Virus record (IMG/VR): IMGVR_UViG_3300029718_000386
DNA length: 41,033 bases
Direction: 5' to 3' (one strand)
Origin: a virus
Lineage: Duplodnaviria > Heunggongvirae > Uroviricota > Caudoviricetes
In this document: piece by piece, positions 27,515 through 39,115 of the stretch
Position numbering within the stretch: position 1 is the first letter of the stretch
Layout of the letters: each line of letters starts with the position of its first letter
Made by a program: the position numbers and the translations under genes
Notes under the pieces: generated by a model
What the model saw: only the letters and a program-made list of their open reading frames with translations
Databases searched by the model: none
What the model was told of the DNA's origin: nothing

Positions 27515-30058
27515 ACCACATGTTCTGCGTGTGACATTCATTGTGTTTTGATCTTCATTACCACAATTAGGGCAACGCCACACAAGTTTATTATCTTTGT
27601 TCACAATCTGGATTTCTCCGTCATATCCACAGCGCTGGCAGTAATCGCTTTTGGTATTCAATTCTGCATACATAATATTGTCATAGATGAATTTAATCAC
27701 CTGAAGAACTGCCGGAATATTATGCTGCATATTTGGAACCTCTACATATGAAATTGCTCCGCCTTGGGAGAGTTTTTGAAATTCACTTTCAAACTTCAGC
27801 TTCGAAAATGCGTCAATTTTTTCTCTGACGTTTATATGATAGCTGTTCGTTATGTAGTTATGGTCCGTAATATTCGGAATTTTGCCGAATCGCTTTTGCA
27901 AGCATTTTGCAAATGTGTAAGTAGTGCTCTCCATGGGAGAACCATAGACTGAAAAACCAAGCCCATATTTTGTTTTCCATTCTTCACATTTGTCATTCAT
28001 GTGTTGCATTACTTGAAGTGCAAAAGGCTTTCCAACCGCCTTATCCGTATGTGACTTTCCAGTCATATACTTTGTGCACTCATAAAGTCCTGCGTATCCC
28101 AAAGAGATAGTTGCATAGCCGTCAAATAGGAGCTTATCAATTTTTTCACCCGGTTTTAATCGTGCGAGCGCTCCGTGTTGCCACAAAATAGGAGCTACAT
28201 CAGATGTTGTTCCAAGAAGTCTTTTGTGACGTATTAACAAAGCGCGTTTACACAATTCCAGGCGTTCATCAAAAAGCCTCCAGAAAGTCTGTATGTCGCC
28301 ATGTGAAGAACAGGCAACATCGACTAAGTTGATGGTTACTACACCTTCGTTAAATCTTCCGTAATATTTTGGTTGTTTGGTTTCAGGGTCAATGTATGGA
28401 GACAGGAAGGACCGACATCCCATGCACGGGAAGCACTGCCCGTTTCCATTTTCATCAACCTTAATTTCTTTCATTTTCTTTTCGCTGATATAATCCGGAG
28501 TTAGCCGCTTTGCTGAACATTTTGCAGCCAATTCAGTCAAATACCAGTATTTTGAGTCTTCATGAATGTTGTCTTCTTCCAGCACATACAATAGTTTTGG
28601 AAATGCCGGAGAGATATATACTCCCTTTTGATTTTTTACGCCTTGAATGCGCTGTTTTAACATTTCTTCAATCAATAACGCTAAATCGTGTTTTTCTTGT
28701 TCAGTTTTCACCTCGTTAAGATACATAAAAACTGACACGAATGGTGCTTGGCCGTTGGTTGTAGATAACGTTATCAATTGATATTGGATCATCTGAATGC
28801 CACGATTGATTTCTTCAACCAATCGTGATTCAACAATTTTTTGTTTTTCTTCGTCGGACAGCTTTTCTTTGATGAATTGCTGCTCCTTGTCTACCTGCTT
28901 TTGAATTCGTTTTCGGCTGATATCAACAAATGGCACCAAATGAGATAATGTGATTGTTTGACCACCAAATTGGTTCGAACCTACTTGAGCGATAATTTGG
29001 GTTGTAATATTGCAAGCCGTCGAAAAGCTGTGGGGCTTTTCAATCATTGTTCCACTAATCACAGTCCCGTTTTGAAGCATATCTTCCAGATTCACCAGAT
29101 CGCAGTTACCGGTTGGCATTCCGTCCTCCAATGTGAACGAATGCGTTATCGGCTCTTCTACACACCATGCTTCAATTTTCGGCTCAATGTGTAGCGTTGT
29201 GGTTTTATAAGGCTTAATAGAAACAACCTTCCAAGCAGACTGACATACGCCTTTGGGCGTATAAAGAGCGTCGTCTTCTTTCAAATTTGTTGTCACAGTT
29301 CCATCAGATAAAATCCAGCGATGGTTTGGCGTGCAAACAATCGTTTTGTATTCTGCAGCACCGAAAAATCCATCTCGGAAAAATCTGACTTGATTCATTT
29401 TTTGTTTTCCGTAGCGGTGAACGATTGCCTGTCTTTGGACGCCATCCTTGTCCAAAACAATAACCACGTCACCGTCTTCGAAGTCTTTGAAGGATTTAAC
29501 GCCTTCAGAAGTCATAAATCTTGTTGATCGAATAAAGCAGTTATGCATGTGTTGAGCGAAGTAATCCGTATCGTGTACGTGAATGATTCCTTGCTCATGC
29601 GCTTCTACAATATCCGGATCCAACAATATTCGTTTGGTAATGTCTTTTGAGACTTCACCGGCCATGTAATCTCTTTGTACAGAATTCACGGTTGGGTTCT
29701 TATTACTGTTTTCTTGCTTGATCTCTTCGTTTTTGCAATCCAAAAGCGACAAAATAGCGTCATCTGTCGAGTTCGCCTTTCTCGCTAAAGAATGCTTATA
29801 TCTGTATTCGATATAATTCTTTGCAATATCAAAAGCGCCCTGGGCCATAATCTGCTTTTCAACCACATTCTGGATTTCTTCTACATTCGGAGATCGGCCT
29901 AATTTGTGAACCTTGAACTCTACAAATTCAGCAATATCATCAATTTGCTGATCCGTGAGTGTCTCTTGTTCAGTGGCATCTGATGCCTTGCGTATGGCAA
30001 TCTTGATTTTTTCAACATCAAACTCAGCTTCAGATCCATTTCTTTTGATAATCTTGAT
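27515..30058 (-). CDS. nrdD: Anaerobic ribonucleoside-triphosphate reductase, exon 1 (ATP cone; contains intein)
   Basis: KIIKRNG ATP cone, HVHD, CMGCRS, GRFNEGVVTIN, CxxC…CxxC, RRTCG. SD AAGGGAGG sits 8 nt before an ATC at 30058. Mature protein is about 725 aa after both splicing steps. Confidence 0.93.
29105..29539 (-). mobile_element. Mini-intein (145 aa) in NrdD
   Basis: HMHN|CFIRST…CTPNHRW…AWCVEEPITHSF…GMPTGN|CDLVN; removal restores HMHNCDLVNL. Confidence 0.92.
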
Positions 30059-30096
30059 GTTATCAACCTCCCTTACAATATTTGAAAACACATACA

Positions 30097-30124
30097 GGAA
30101 AAGGCAACCTCAAAAGGCTGCCTT
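30097..30124 (-). terminator. Leader hairpin/terminator upstream of nrdD
   Basis: AAGGCAGCCT TTTG AGGTTGCCTT TTCC, downstream of TGGTAAAAT (30165-30157). Confidence 0.6.
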
Positions 30125-30189
30125 CTTTCCAAATCTGTATTGCGTTTCTAACAATAATTTTACCATCTTTTGATGAAAAACAGAAACCA

Positions 30190-31026
30190 TTAGCCGGCTT
30201 TTGCAGGCTTGATTTCTCCCTCACACAAAATGGTCTCGATACTCTTAAGCATTTGAATGGGGATAAATGTTCTCTCACCATTCTCCTTCAGCTCCAAATT
30301 CTTACGATAGATCCAGTGAACATAGCCCGGATCTTGTTCGAATGCCTGCTGATATGTTAAGCCCTTGTACTTACCAAAGGTGAGCTTCGTTTCTTTAACT
30401 TCTGATACAGACGGAACCTCATCACCGTCAAAAAGATATTTGCTCAAGTCAACATCGGGACGACTAGCCAAATAATCACAGATATGCAGCAGTTTCTGTG
30501 CAGATGTCTTTGGCAGCGGGAGTTCTTTCTTCCCGCGTGTATTCCACTGCCCCATATGAGATTCTACGGCTTTTGCGATAAACTCGGCATCATCAGGAAA
30601 AATAATCCCACAGTTCGCATATTCTCGAATAAAATCGGCGGCGATAACCGGGTGATCAAACTGGGTGTATTCACAGCGCGGGTTGTTACCGTTTCGTTTT
30701 ACATCGTGAAGTAATGCAGCTACGATTAGCAGATCTTTTTCTCTGGGTGTGAATTCCACCATATCCAACACATAAAACTGCATTAAGAAGTAAACTACTG
30801 CCTTAACGTGCAGCACCAGACCACCTTTTGTGTTTTCATAGGCCGGATGATATTTTCCGCTGGAACTGCTTGGTGCGGAATAAAAATAGCCGGGAGCCAG
30901 TCGCAGCATTTCTACTGCGTAGGCTCTGATTTTTACGTCTTCGATATAATTCAATTCTCTGGCAAAGGTCTTTTCAACCATTTTAATACTCTTTTTATTC
31001 TGATCCGTTTCAATTTTATCAGCCAT
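30190..31026 (-). CDS. HD-domain phosphohydrolase with C-terminal FGKYKG domain
   Basis: YHP…GGLVLH, ALLHD, SHMGQW, HICDYLAS; tail LTFGKYKG…DPGYVHWI. Confidence 0.85.
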   Translation of the reverse strand: MADKIETDQNKKSIKMVEKTFARELNYIEDVKIRAYAVEMLRLAPGYFYSAPSSSSGKYHPAYENTKGGLVLHVKAVVYFLMQFYVLDMVEFTPREKDLLIVAALLHDVKRNGNNPRCEYTQFDHPVIAADFIREYANCGIIFPDDAEFIAKAVESHMGQWNTRGKKELPLPKTSAQKLLHICDYLASRPDVDLSKYLFDGDEVPSVSEVKETKLTFGKYKGLTYQQAFEQDPGYVHWIYRKNLELKENGERTFIPIQMLKSIETILCEGEIKPAKAG

Positions 31027-31144
31027 ATTGATTTCTCCTTATCGACACCAATGCAAACATTCGTTATATTTGTTGCTTTTCGTTTGTTGAAAAATGTTTG
31101 CACATGCGAAACTTAATTCTAATTATTAATACCTCATTTGCAGA

Positions 31145-31178
31145 AAAAAGAAAAAGCCACAAATAAATGTGGCTTTTT
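31145..31178 (-). terminator. Intrinsic terminator
   Basis: AAAAGCCACA…TGTGGCTTTT. Confidence 0.8.
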
Positions 31179-31184
31179 GTTAAG

Positions 31185-31601
31185 TTAAGAAACTTCATCG
31201 AAGTCGTTATGGGAAATTAGCGTTAAGTCCGGTGCTTGATCAGATTCAGCGAACACCTTAACACTCTCCGATAAATACTCCTTGAGCGTTTCTAACTCTG
31301 CGGCTTTCTCAAACACGAACTTATGGCGCTTGCTGCAATTGTCTTTCATGGCTTCTTCGAAATACCGAGTACCATGACCTTGAGAGGTGCAAACCGTGAT
31401 ATTCACCGGCTTTTTGAGCTTTTGCACTGACTCAATCAACGCACAGTTCATTACTGCCTGCCGTGAGAGCGGGCCCTCAAAATAGCCGCCAAACAGCATT
31501 TCTTTACCACTTTTTACATCTCGCAAGGTACAAACCCAAAAGCTTACGTCATGATTAGTGCTTCGCTTTGTTGTTGCTAATGTTAGAATAACATTTTGCA
31601 A
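31185..31601 (-). CDS. Degenerate RNase H-fold protein
   Basis: SD GGAGGAGG then TTG at 31601; SRQAVMNCALIESVQKLKKPVNITVCTS resembles RNase HI helix A/strand but lacks the catalytic acids. Confidence 0.5.
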   Translation of the reverse strand: MQNVILTLATTKRSTNHDVSFWVCTLRDVKSGKEMLFGGYFEGPLSRQAVMNCALIESVQKLKKPVNITVCTSQGHGTRYFEEAMKDNCSKRHKFVFEKAAELETLKEYLSESVKVFAESDQAPDLTLISHNDFDEVS

Positions 31602-31716
31602 TACTATCTTCCTCCTCCCAGTATTCTTCGGACCTGCTTCTCTTAGATGCTGCGCGCGCCACCGAGAACGTCCAGAAATAACTAAACGCGATTGCAAATA
31701 GAATAATCCAAACCAT
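31555..31716 (-). CDS. Small membrane protein, 53 aa (not in ORF track)
   Basis: MVWIILFAIAFSYFWTFSVARAASKRSRSEEYWEEE…; ATG overlaps the upstream stop (TGATG); SD AAGGAGG. Confidence 0.65.
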   Translation of the reverse strand: MVWIILFAIAFSYFWTFSVARAASKRSRSEEYWEEEDSIAKCYSNISNNKAKH

Positions 31717-32042
31717 CACGAAGCCTCCTTTACACGCTCTGTGGCTGCCTCTGACACCATTTCTTCATACACCGTAATCGTTGTTGGAGAATACGGCAAA
31801 AGCAGATGTGCAGGCATACAGGGACGCATTACCTTAACAATATCTCTATCGTTCTCCTCTGGTTCACGAGAGTCAATTCTCTTAACCTTGAGTGACTGCG
31901 TATAGCTGCCCAATGCCATAAACGAACCGCCGTCAAAACTACTGATAACATTCCCGACGGCTGTATTTTTGAGAACGACCATAAAGCGTCCATCTCTGAG
32001 AACAACTCGATCTCCAGTTTTCAAATCATCTAATTTGAACAT
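31716..32042 (-). CDS. Phage-type hypothetical protein
   Basis: SD AGGAGG; DLKTGDRVVLRDG…DIVKV pattern typical of small Firmicutes phage proteins. Confidence 0.7.
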   Translation of the reverse strand: MFKLDDLKTGDRVVLRDGRFMVVLKNTAVGNVISSFDGGSFMALGSYTQSLKVKRIDSREPEENDRDIVKVMRPCMPAHLLLPYSPTTITVYEEMVSEAATERVKEAS

Positions 32043-32052
32043 AAAACCTCCT

Positions 32053-32088
32053 AAAAAAATAGAGCCACCGTTTTAACACGATGACTCT
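32053..32088 (-). terminator. Leader terminator abutting the SD
   Basis: AGAGTCATCG…CGGTGGCTCT ATTTTTTT AGGAGG; promoter TGATATAAT at 32165-32157. Confidence 0.65.
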
Positions 32089-32172
32089 TGACTAAATAAT
32101 ATTTATATTTGTAAAACTTACCCTCTGAAAGTCAGAGAATACCACCTTACAATTTAATTATATCATAACAAG

Positions 32173-32199
32173 AAAAAAGAGAGAAGCCGAAGCTTCTCT
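32173..32199 (-). terminator. Intrinsic terminator
   Basis: GAGAGAAGC TTCG GCTTCTCTC TTTTTT. Confidence 0.85.
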
Positions 32200-32429
32200 C
32201 AATACTTAAGATCCATGAATTGTTGTAGTGCTGCATCGAACACAGAGGTTACAACTATTGTTTTAACGAGTGTTGCTTCCGTAGGCTCAAATGACGACGA
32301 GCGAAATGCATACTGGAGTATTTTTTCACCATTGTCAGACAGCAGAACCGTCTCCAATTGGCCATTGATAACGGCCTTGCCAACAATATAATTTTCAGTT
32401 GTGATTGTTGGGCTGGAAAAATATCTCAT
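32199..32429 (-). CDS. Hypothetical protein
   Basis: SD AGGAG before ATG 32429 (76 aa). Confidence 0.55.
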   Translation of the reverse strand: MRYFSSPTITTENYIVGKAVINGQLETVLLSDNGEKILQYAFRSSSFEPTEATLVKTIVVTSVFDAALQQFMDLKY

Positions 32430-32485
32430 GGCAAAATCTCCTAAGCCACATTGTAGCACAAAGGCATCTCCTCTGCAAGAAGAAT

Positions 32486-33136
32486 CTACGCCCAGCAAAT
32501 TTCGTTTTCGCCAAGTCGTTTAAGAATTTGATTTGTTTTGCTGAATGGTTTACTGCCAAAGAAGCCTCGATTTGCTGATAGCGGGCTTGGATGTGCAGAC
32601 TCAATGACATAATGCCGAGACACATCGATGATTGACTTCTTTTTTCTGGCATTATTTCCCCACAAAACAAACACAATTGGCCGCTCCTGTTCATTTAGTA
32701 GTCGAATCACCGAATCTGTAAACGGCTCCCACAATTTCGCCAATGAGTTGGCTTGACTCTCGATAACGGTCAGAGAGGTATTTAGCAATAACACGCCCTG
32801 CTCTGCCCAATCTGACAAATCAGTGTTTGTTCGCAATTCTCCACCCAGGTCATCTTTTAATTCTTTAAAAATATTTCGCAATGAAGGAGGTGTCTTTGTT
32901 CCCGGATTGACAGAAAACGCCAACCCGTTCGCCTGGCCCGCCTCATGATACGGATCTTGTCCTAAAATAACTACACGCACCTGATCCAATGGCGTTTTGT
33001 CAAACGCTGAAAAGATTTGTTCTTGTGGTGGATATACATTGCAGCATTGTGTGGTTTGATTAAGCTGCGCTTGAATTTCGGCAAGATTTGGCTTTGAAAA
33101 ATCTGTGTTATAAATGAATTCATTCCAATTTGACAT
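32486..33136 (-). CDS. ung: Uracil-DNA glycosylase family 1
   Basis: GQDPYH, GLAFSV, PPSLRNI, GVLLLN, HPSPLS. Confidence 0.97.
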   Translation of the reverse strand: MSNWNEFIYNTDFSKPNLAEIQAQLNQTTQCCNVYPPQEQIFSAFDKTPLDQVRVVILGQDPYHEAGQANGLAFSVNPGTKTPPSLRNIFKELKDDLGGELRTNTDLSDWAEQGVLLLNTSLTVIESQANSLAKLWEPFTDSVIRLLNEQERPIVFVLWGNNARKKKSIIDVSRHYVIESAHPSPLSANRGFFGSKPFSKTNQILKRLGENEICWA

Positions 33137-33164
33137 ATTGGTCCTCCGATACCTTTACTATTAC

Positions 33165-33194
33165 AAAAAAGAGAAGCTCATTCGAGCTTCTCTT
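33165..33194 (-). terminator. Intrinsic terminator between ligA and ung
   Basis: AAGAGAAGCTC GAAT GAGCTTCTCTT TTTT. Confidence 0.85.
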
Positions 33195-33200
33195 GTAAAA

Positions 33201-35300
<2,100 letters not shown>

Positions 35301-35325
35301 CTATTTTAATGTTTATTGATGAAAC

Positions 35326-35358
35326 AAAAAAGCAGCTATCTCAAAAAAGATAACTGCT
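35326..35358 (-). terminator. Leader terminator upstream of ligA
   Basis: AGCAGTTATCT…AGATAGCTGCT TTTTT, downstream of TGTGGTATAAT (35388-35378). Confidence 0.7.
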
Positions 35359-35472
35359 CAAATATGACTTTATAATAATTATACCACAAACAAGAAAGCG
35401 CACAAAAAAAGAAAGGCCCATTATGGGCCTTTAGTGAATTATAACACATTTCGACGTGCAGACAAAATTTAG

Positions 35473-35697
35473 TTAATCACAAAACCAACTGATATCTGAA
35501 TGCTTTTTCGCCAGAAAATCAGACAACTCAAAACCAATAATCTTCAGTTCGTGACAATCCCCAGGATAACATCTAAAGACTGGAAAGTATTGTTTGTTAT
35601 CTACTGTATAGCATTCTCCTGTCCAGTCTTGCGGAGTCAGTACTATCCCACTATCCAGCACATAATTCCAATCGTATTCTTTCACAATTTTGATCAT
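35473..35697 (-). CDS. Hypothetical protein
   Basis: 74 aa ORF between two terminators, with upstream TGCTATACT; weak SD. Confidence 0.5.
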   Translation of the reverse strand: MIKIVKEYDWNYVLDSGIVLTPQDWTGECYTVDNKQYFPVFRCYPGDCHELKIIGFELSDFLAKKHSDISWFCD

Positions 35698-35785
35698 CAG
35701 ATTGCCACACTTTCGAAATTATTCGACCAATAGTATAGCAGAGAAGAGTCAAAAGCGCAAGAGAAAAGGCCACCAAACAGTGGCC

Positions 35786-36460
35786 TTAATTTTTGGATTT
35801 AGAAACATAATATACCTTTTGATCTTCTAATCTCACACAAGCAAGATTGTGGCCATAAACACAAGCACAGTCAATATTCAGCACATTCTCTGATTGTCTA
35901 CAAACGCCATCCACCAGTGGCGTATGTCCGTGAATTAACATCTTGTCCGGAAACAAAGACGTCATCGTATTTACTGTCTCTGACTCGTTTCGTTGCCAAA
36001 TAACACTCTCGTCATCAATGCTTCTCCGAAGCACATCCGAAAGATTATCATATGAATACCATGTTTTTGTTAGCCCGGCATGGACCAAAATATATTCTTG
36101 ACTATTTACTTTGAGTTGAGCAAAGCAAGGCCGCTTAGTAAGATATATATATAACATATTTCGTTCAGTTAGCGGTAAGGCACAAAACCGTCGTTGTGTG
36201 ACGCGGCCACCATTTTCGTACCACAACCGCTTTTCACCCAACTCATAAGCACATCGCATCATATATTCGTGATTTCCAAGCAACAAGTGAATATTTTCTG
36301 CATCCATACAGTATTGCAAACATTTTATCGGTTCCGGACCACGATCGATAACATCACCCAGTACATACAATTCATCGGCTGAACCAAAATGAATTAAATC
36401 CAGCATTTGCATAAATTCATCAAAGCAGCCGTGAATATCCGACATTACATATGTTGACAT
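35786..36460 (-). CDS. PPP-family Ser/Thr protein phosphatase / metallophosphoesterase
   Basis: SDIHG, LGDVIDRG, LGNHE, VHAG, HGHTP, IDCAC. Confidence 0.92.
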   Translation of the reverse strand: MSTYVMSDIHGCFDEFMQMLDLIHFGSADELYVLGDVIDRGPEPIKCLQYCMDAENIHLLLGNHEYMMRCAYELGEKRLWYENGGRVTQRRFCALPLTERNMLYIYLTKRPCFAQLKVNSQEYILVHAGLTKTWYSYDNLSDVLRRSIDDESVIWQRNESETVNTMTSLFPDKMLIHGHTPLVDGVCRQSENVLNIDCACVYGHNLACVRLEDQKVYYVSKSKN

Positions 36461-36478
36461 TTCTACACCCCCTATCTG

Positions 36479-36525
36479 AAAAAAATAGCTGCCAGCATTT
36501 TCAGATCTAAGAATTCTGACAGCTA
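36479..36525 (-). terminator. Internal terminator just before the next SD
   Basis: TAGCTGTCAG…CTGGCAGCTA TTTTTTT. Confidence 0.7.
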
Positions 36526-36553
36526 ACTATATTTCTGTTAAGTATCGAATGAC

Positions 36554-37615
36554 TCAGCCAATGGCAGATGTTGCCAACGCATCGCATCGTTCGTTGTACT
36601 TATTCCCGTGATGTCCTTTAACCCAACTGAAATCGACCTTACGGTCTCTTAAAAGTACAAGTAGTTCTTCCCACAAGTCTTTGTTAAGCACCGGCTTCTT
36701 ACTTGCGGTCTTCCAACCATTCTTGACCCAATTATCCAGCCAGCCATTATTGATGGCCGAGCATACATATTTTGAATCAGACATCAACTTAATATTATCT
36801 TGCGGGTGAATAGCCTGCAACGCAGAAATTACAGCAGTAAGCTCCATGCGGTTGTTGGTTGTACTCGGATTTGAACCGCTTAGTTCGTGCTCAACGCCAT
36901 CAGAAATAATGACAGCACCCCAACCGCCGGGTCCGGGGTTTCCGGAACAAGCGCCGTCCGTGTAAACCGAAATGCCACCACGAGCAGGTTTCTTAATTGC
37001 TTCAAACGAACCACAGGGAACGCCCTCAGCGTCCTTTTCGCAACGATCTGCAAACGGATCGAGGGCAGCAATTTCTTTCGTAATTAGTCCCCTATTGCGC
37101 ATCACAGACAACACTCTCTGTGTGATTTTGTCGTAATCTTCAATGTCGCCATTATATTCCTCAAATGGAATTCCCGTGGCAAGCATTGTATCTTTTAGTT
37201 CTTCTCCGACAATATTGCTTTCTTCTTCGTCCTGAACTCTACCCTCTTGAACATAAGGCTTCGTCCGATTGATGAAAAAATTCATGTTTTCGTATTTGCC
37301 GAACAAATCAAAGACCAATTGTTTGAACCCATCGCCCAAAGAGCGGTCGGAATTGTAATAATAGCTATTGATAAGTGGAGAGTCTGTTACGAGAACATCA
37401 ACCTTACCCTCGCACCGAGTAATTTTGAAGTATTGTTCACCAAGAATTTTAATTTGATTGCGCAAAACTTCTTGGTTATTTTCCCAAACAGCATCTTTTG
37501 CAAACTCAGTTGCCAGTTCACAGCGAACACCTGCCATTTTTAAGCGGCTGAATACATAAGCTGCACCTGTTGACTTACCGGCACCAGGCGCACCAAAGAA
37601 ATTTACAATAAGCAA
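36554..37615 (-). CDS. rnhA: Fusion of NadR/AAA_28-like P-loop kinase and RNase HI
   Basis: GAPGAGKST…VTDSPL…GRVQ kinase domain; YTDGACSGNPGPGGWG, TNNRMEL, SDSKY, WVKGH…NERCDALA RNase HI. Confidence 0.9.
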   Translation of the reverse strand: MLIVNFFGAPGAGKSTGAAYVFSRLKMAGVRCELATEFAKDAVWENNQEVLRNQIKILGEQYFKITRCEGKVDVLVTDSPLINSYYYNSDRSLGDGFKQLVFDLFGKYENMNFFINRTKPYVQEGRVQDEEESNIVGEELKDTMLATGIPFEEYNGDIEDYDKITQRVLSVMRNRGLITKEIAALDPFADRCEKDAEGVPCGSFEAIKKPARGGISVYTDGACSGNPGPGGWGAVIISDGVEHELSGSNPSTTNNRMELTAVISALQAIHPQDNIKLMSDSKYVCSAINNGWLDNWVKNGWKTASKKPVLNKDLWEELLVLLRDRKVDFSWVKGHHGNKYNERCDALATSAIG

Positions 37616-37627
37616 AACACGTCCTCC

Positions 37628-38212
37628 TTATTTTGATACTGAATTTACTGCATTCATGGAAGAATCTTCGGGCACATATAAAATATATTTAGTTTCTTCT
37701 GATTTTGTCATATCTATTTTAGGATCAGAAAGCACATCATCACCCACATTATATTTGTGCAACAGTTCCCAGTCCAAAGTGGCTGATGTCCAAAAATCCG
37801 GTTTACTTGTCAGTACACATTTATACGGGACAGTTTTTACACGCGGGGTTTCTTTTGTCCCACAATATTTAACCACCACATCATCGACAGAGGCAGTCTG
37901 ACATTTCATTTCCTTCGAGTTTTCGTCTTTAACCCAGAATGCGATTTTATCGCCATCTTTAGTGAAGTACGATTTATTGGATTTTTCAGTATCCGAAGGT
38001 ACCAAAGCTGCTGACACACTTTCAGCATACTGCGGCTGTATATCAATATATTTAGACACATCTGAACGACAAGTATCTACTAAACCAGCGGTCATTACAA
38101 TGGGCACCATAAGCACTACAAGTAGGCTGTAGTCGGAGCTATAGCAAAGAGCGACAATACTCACCACAAGGATTGCAATGGCAGCTAAAAAGAACGGCAA
38201 TATATACAACAT
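37628..38212 (-). CDS. Membrane-anchored hypothetical protein
   Basis: SD AAGGAG; two N-terminal TM helices. Confidence 0.7.
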   Translation of the reverse strand: MLYILPFFLAAIAILVVSIVALCYSSDYSLLVVLMVPIVMTAGLVDTCRSDVSKYIDIQPQYAESVSAALVPSDTEKSNKSYFTKDGDKIAFWVKDENSKEMKCQTASVDDVVVKYCGTKETPRVKTVPYKCVLTSKPDFWTSATLDWELLHKYNVGDDVLSDPKIDMTKSEETKYILYVPEDSSMNAVNSVSK

Positions 38213-38246
38213 CTTGAAAATCTCCTTTCGTTATTAACACTGTCGC

Positions 38247-38564
38247 TTAAGCGTTGTAGAAATCTCTGTACAAATCGCTCCACTCATCCTCTTTTGAGGT
38301 GTCGGCGACTTCTAAGCCATCGCTTACAGTTGCTGCATCGTATTCACTTTCAGATACGATATCTATATCTTCCATTGACACACCAACAGATTCAGCGAAG
38401 TCTTGAACAACGCGAAGAATGTCGTCTGCAATTTGTGTCCCGGTTAATTCACCAATATTTTTTACATCACTTACAGATACGGACGCATAAAGATCGTCCT
38501 TTGCGTCTTTTGGGTCTTTGATTTTGAAATATACATTCAAACTTACGAAATCTACTTTTGCCAT
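38247..38564 (-). CDS. Acidic hypothetical protein
   Basis: SD AAGGAGG; very D/E-rich 105 aa. Confidence 0.7.
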   Translation of the reverse strand: MAKVDFVSLNVYFKIKDPKDAKDDLYASVSVSDVKNIGELTGTQIADDILRVVQDFAESVGVSMEDIDIVSESEYDAATVSDGLEVADTSKEDEWSDLYRDFYNA

Positions 38565-38587
38565 TATTTTTCCTCCTTTGGCAATAC

Positions 38588-39040
38588 TTACGCCGCCACT
38601 TGTGGCGGATCAATGTTTTCAATTTCAATCTCAACTCTTGGGTTTTCGTCAAAAAACTTTACGATATGAGATTCCACAATTTGTTTATCATCCGGATACG
38701 CAATGGCATTTAACGCGTCCCCAATGATCTTCCCAATATTATCCCAATCGGGTTTCTTTGTTGGTCGTAAAACGCCCTGACGCATCAGTTCTTTTTGTTT
38801 GTTTGATTTGCTGGACGGAATTTGCATATATGCACGGATGGTAATTTTGAGCGGCTCATCCGCTTCAAAGCTCAATTCTCCGTATTTCTCATTATACAAT
38901 AATTTTACGAACGTCTCGTAGTTTACTGTTTTTTCCGGTGTAACAGCTCTGCCAAACTTCCCACGAGAAGTAAATTTTGGACGCTGTTTGCCAAAAGGAG
39001 CACCCGGAACTGTTAATTTTATAAGTTTTCGATCAGCCAA
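38588..39040 (-). CDS. rusA: RusA Holliday junction resolvase
   Basis: GKQRPKF, KKPDWDNIGKIIGDALN, DDKQIV. Confidence 0.93.
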   Translation of the reverse strand: MADRKLIKLTVPGAPFGKQRPKFTSRGKFGRAVTPEKTVNYETFVKLLYNEKYGELSFEADEPLKITIRAYMQIPSSKSNKQKELMRQGVLRPTKKPDWDNIGKIIGDALNAIAYPDDKQIVESHIVKFFDENPRVEIEIENIDPPQVAA

Positions 39041-39075
39041 TTTATCACCCCTTATCTATTAATACCGCATTTCAG

Positions 39076-39111
39076 AAAAAAAAGAAAAAGCAGGACCGAA
39101 GTCCTGCTTTT
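39076..39111 (-). terminator. Intrinsic terminator
   Basis: AAAAGCAGGAC TTCG GTCCTGCTTTT. Confidence 0.85.
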
Positions 39112-39115
39112 GTTA

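Noticed and set aside
26723..30091. A single natural 1122-aa NrdD-HNH enzyme as the only product
   Set aside because: The missing NrdD C-terminus is found as exon 2 at 26530-26598 behind a complete intron core.
30070..30095. NrdR box upstream of nrdD (ACAATATTTG)
   Set aside because: Single partial match with no tandem second box.
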